From an uncultured Thermoplasmatales archaeon (GTDB taxonomy: Archaea > Thermoplasmatota > E2 > DHVEG-1), in the NCBI GenBank assembly GCA_964517155.1, contig CAZFAZ010000067.1, forward strand, positions 1 to 32,022: a stretch of 32,022 nucleotides of DNA, given 5' to 3'. A program made the position numbers and the translations under genes. The notes under the pieces were generated by a model. The model was not told the origin of the DNA. It saw only the letters and a program-made list of their open reading frames with translations, and did no database searches. Below are positions 30,218 through 32,022 of the stretch, in pieces. The number at the start of each line of letters is the position of its first letter. The stretch's first letter is position 1.

Positions 30218-30227
30218 AGCAAAACAC

Positions 30228-31514
30228 CTAACTTTTCTTAAAAAACATGATATTTAGCGGATATTTCATAGAGTTTTTATAGTAATATACTTCATAGCCG
30301 ATTTTTTTAAGATAATTCGCAGCAAATTCTGTTCTTTTCAACAATTCTTCATCATCAACATGCGGTTTTATATTTTCTGCAATCGTATTTTTCATACATG
30401 AAAATTGATTTATGATACCCATATCCAAATCAAATTTTTTAAAAAATTCCAAGGTTTCCATAAACTCAGAATTTGTTTCAGACGGAAATCCTATAATTGC
30501 CTCGGATCCTAACTTAACATTGTGATATTTTTTCAATGCTGTAAAAGCATTGCACAATTCTTCCCGTGTATAATATCGATTCATTAGTTGAAGAATCCTA
30601 GTATTTGCAGATTGAATGGCAGAAAATACCCACGTAATTTTACCAGTTTTCAATAAATCCTCAAATTCATCTAAATGTCTAATAAGCCATCTTGGAGATA
30701 TTGACTCGATGTGTATAGTATAACTACCATTAATCTTAAGTATTTCTTTTAGCAACTCAATAAAATTTGTTTTGATATCTAGGCCATAATTACCCAGATC
30801 GTCAGATACAATTCTAAAGATTTTATAACCTTCATTTAATCCTCTTTTAAATTCTGTAACGCATTGCGATATTGCCTTACTTTGCAGAGGCCCTATAGCA
30901 TTTTTGATTGAGCAATAAGAACAATTACCGAGACAACCGTTAGACACTCTTAAAAAAAATGCTTTTTTGCCCATAATTTTTGCCAAGTATTTTTTTGAAT
31001 TGTCACCATAAATCATTTTAGAGATAAATACGGATAAAGTTATGTATTTATCATAAATACTTGATAAAAAAGAGTTTGACAAATAATTATCTATAACCTG
31101 ACCTGCTTGTTGAATATCTGGATTCCACCATAATTTATTTGTATCAGATATCTCATCAAACTTTGTTTTATTTTTTGGAAATAACTCGTCAACTTTTTCT
31201 GGATTTTTTACCAAATCTTTTGTTACTACTGTTTTTCCATTAAAAATTTCTTTAAGTTCTTCCTTTTTTACCTCAGGCAAACATCCAATAACAATTAATT
31301 CTGCAGGATATTTCTGAAATTCTTCTACTTTTTCCATCGAACTTTTTGCTGCTTTATTTGAATATGCACAAGTATTTAAGATTATTAAATCTGCTTTTTT
31401 AGGATTTTTTACCATCTCAAAATTATTTTTTAAAAGATAATTGTTGATTCTCCTTGTATCCAAACTTCTACGAGTACAAACAAGATTTCCGTACAAATAA
31501 AATTTTTTTACCAT
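30228..31514 (-). CDS. Methylthiotransferase-type (MiaB/RimO/MtaB-like) radical SAM enzyme lacking a TRAM domain
   Basis: UPF0004-type Cys ligands VCTRRSLD, LNTCAY, VIGCL; GCLGNCSYC; IQSAN..IL..MNR.Y; IIGFPSET; the protein ends shortly after the radical SAM barrel. Confidence 0.85.
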   Translation of the reverse strand: MVKKFYLYGNLVCTRRSLDTRRINNYLLKNNFEMVKNPKKADLIILNTCAYSNKAAKSSMEKVEEFQKYPAELIVIGCLPEVKKEELKEIFNGKTVVTKDLVKNPEKVDELFPKNKTKFDEISDTNKLWWNPDIQQAGQVIDNYLSNSFLSSIYDKYITLSVFISKMIYGDNSKKYLAKIMGKKAFFLRVSNGCLGNCSYCSIKNAIGPLQSKAISQCVTEFKRGLNEGYKIFRIVSDDLGNYGLDIKTNFIELLKEILKINGSYTIHIESISPRWLIRHLDEFEDLLKTGKITWVFSAIQSANTRILQLMNRYYTREELCNAFTALKKYHNVKLGSEAIIGFPSETNSEFMETLEFFKKFDLDMGIINQFSCMKNTIAENIKPHVDDEELLKRTEFAANYLKKIGYEVYYYKNSMKYPLNIMFFKKS

Positions 31515-31602
31515 TTATCATCTTTAGTTAATATAATTTAGATATATTTAGTTATTTAAAAAAAGCTTTATGAACAATTCATTATATCTCATTTTGTCAT
31601 CT

Positions 31603-32022
31603 ATGAAAATTTTATTTATATGGGCAGGGCCACCAACAACAGGACATATTGGAAAGAAAATAAATTTATTTAATGAACTACGTTCAAGGATTTTATTCTC
31701 CCCGAGATCTCCAACATTTCCATTACTTGCAAATATTACGCCCAATGTACATGAAATTGATATCATTGAAGCCTTAACAGTTAAAGATGTTGATTTTGAC
31801 AGAAAATATGATTTAGTAGGTATATCTTGTTTAACTCGTTTTGCTTTTACCGCATACAACATAGCAGATGGATTTAGACGAAAAGGAACAAAAGTCGTAA
31901 TTGGTGGTTGGCATGCATCAGCACTCCCCAAAGAAGCAAAACAACACGCAGATGCAGTAGTAATAGGTGAGGCAGAGGAAACATGGCCACAGCTTTTAAA
32001 TGATTTTGAAAAAAAATCACTT
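31603..32022 (+). CDS. Cobalamin-binding domain of a B12-dependent radical SAM enzyme (partial; runs off the window)
   Basis: Open frame MKILFIWAGPP...PLLANITP...YDLVGISCLT...AYNIADGFRRKGTKVVIGGWHASALPKEAKQHADAVVIGEAEETW; not in the ORF track because it has no stop in the window. Confidence 0.88.
   Translation, partial: MKILFIWAGPPTTGHIGKKINLFNELRSRILFSPRSPTFPLLANITPNVHEIDIIEALTVKDVDFDRKYDLVGISCLTRFAFTAYNIADGFRRKGTKVVIGGWHASALPKEAKQHADAVVIGEAEETWPQLLNDFEKKSL

Noticed and set aside
31548..31931. 127-aa minus-strand ORF in the track
   Set aside because: Antisense shadow of the plus-strand B12-binding radical SAM gene starting at 31603.

Overview
AT-rich archaeal chromosomal segment. Archaeal markers (pelota, aSelBL, EndoQ with PIP box, intron-containing tRNA with a BHB motif, C/D-box sRNA) occur with a bacterial-type gyrB-gyrA operon and a secreted caspase-like peptidase, which suggests Thermoplasmatota (possibly an MBG-D/Thermoprofundales-like lineage; inference). 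The core part holds Rqc2-pelota, amrS, purM, purS-purL, tandem DUF1624 genes, initiator tRNA-Met (with unusual C33), tRNA-Leu(TAG) with a 21-nt intron, a C/D sRNA whose D guide matches the tRNA-Leu(CAA) wobble base, a GAF/fRMsr protein, EndoQ and gyrase with a LAGLIDADG intein right after the GyrA catalytic Tyr. Two accessory blocks stand out. (1) A ~2 kb PIN-GNAT-EVE/PUA + ASCH cassette bracketed by an exact 19-bp direct repeat; its ASCH gene is absent from the ORF track and appears to begin with ATA. (2) From ~26.95 kb to the window end, a candidate archaeal RiPP/peptide-modification locus: an unannotated 19-aa ORF with its own TATA box, SD and downstream hairpin, a transglutaminase-like Cys enzyme, a stand-alone YcaO, a TRAM-less methylthiotransferase-type radical SAM enzyme and a truncated B12-binding radical SAM gene. 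All calls come from motif recognition by eye; no searches were run.
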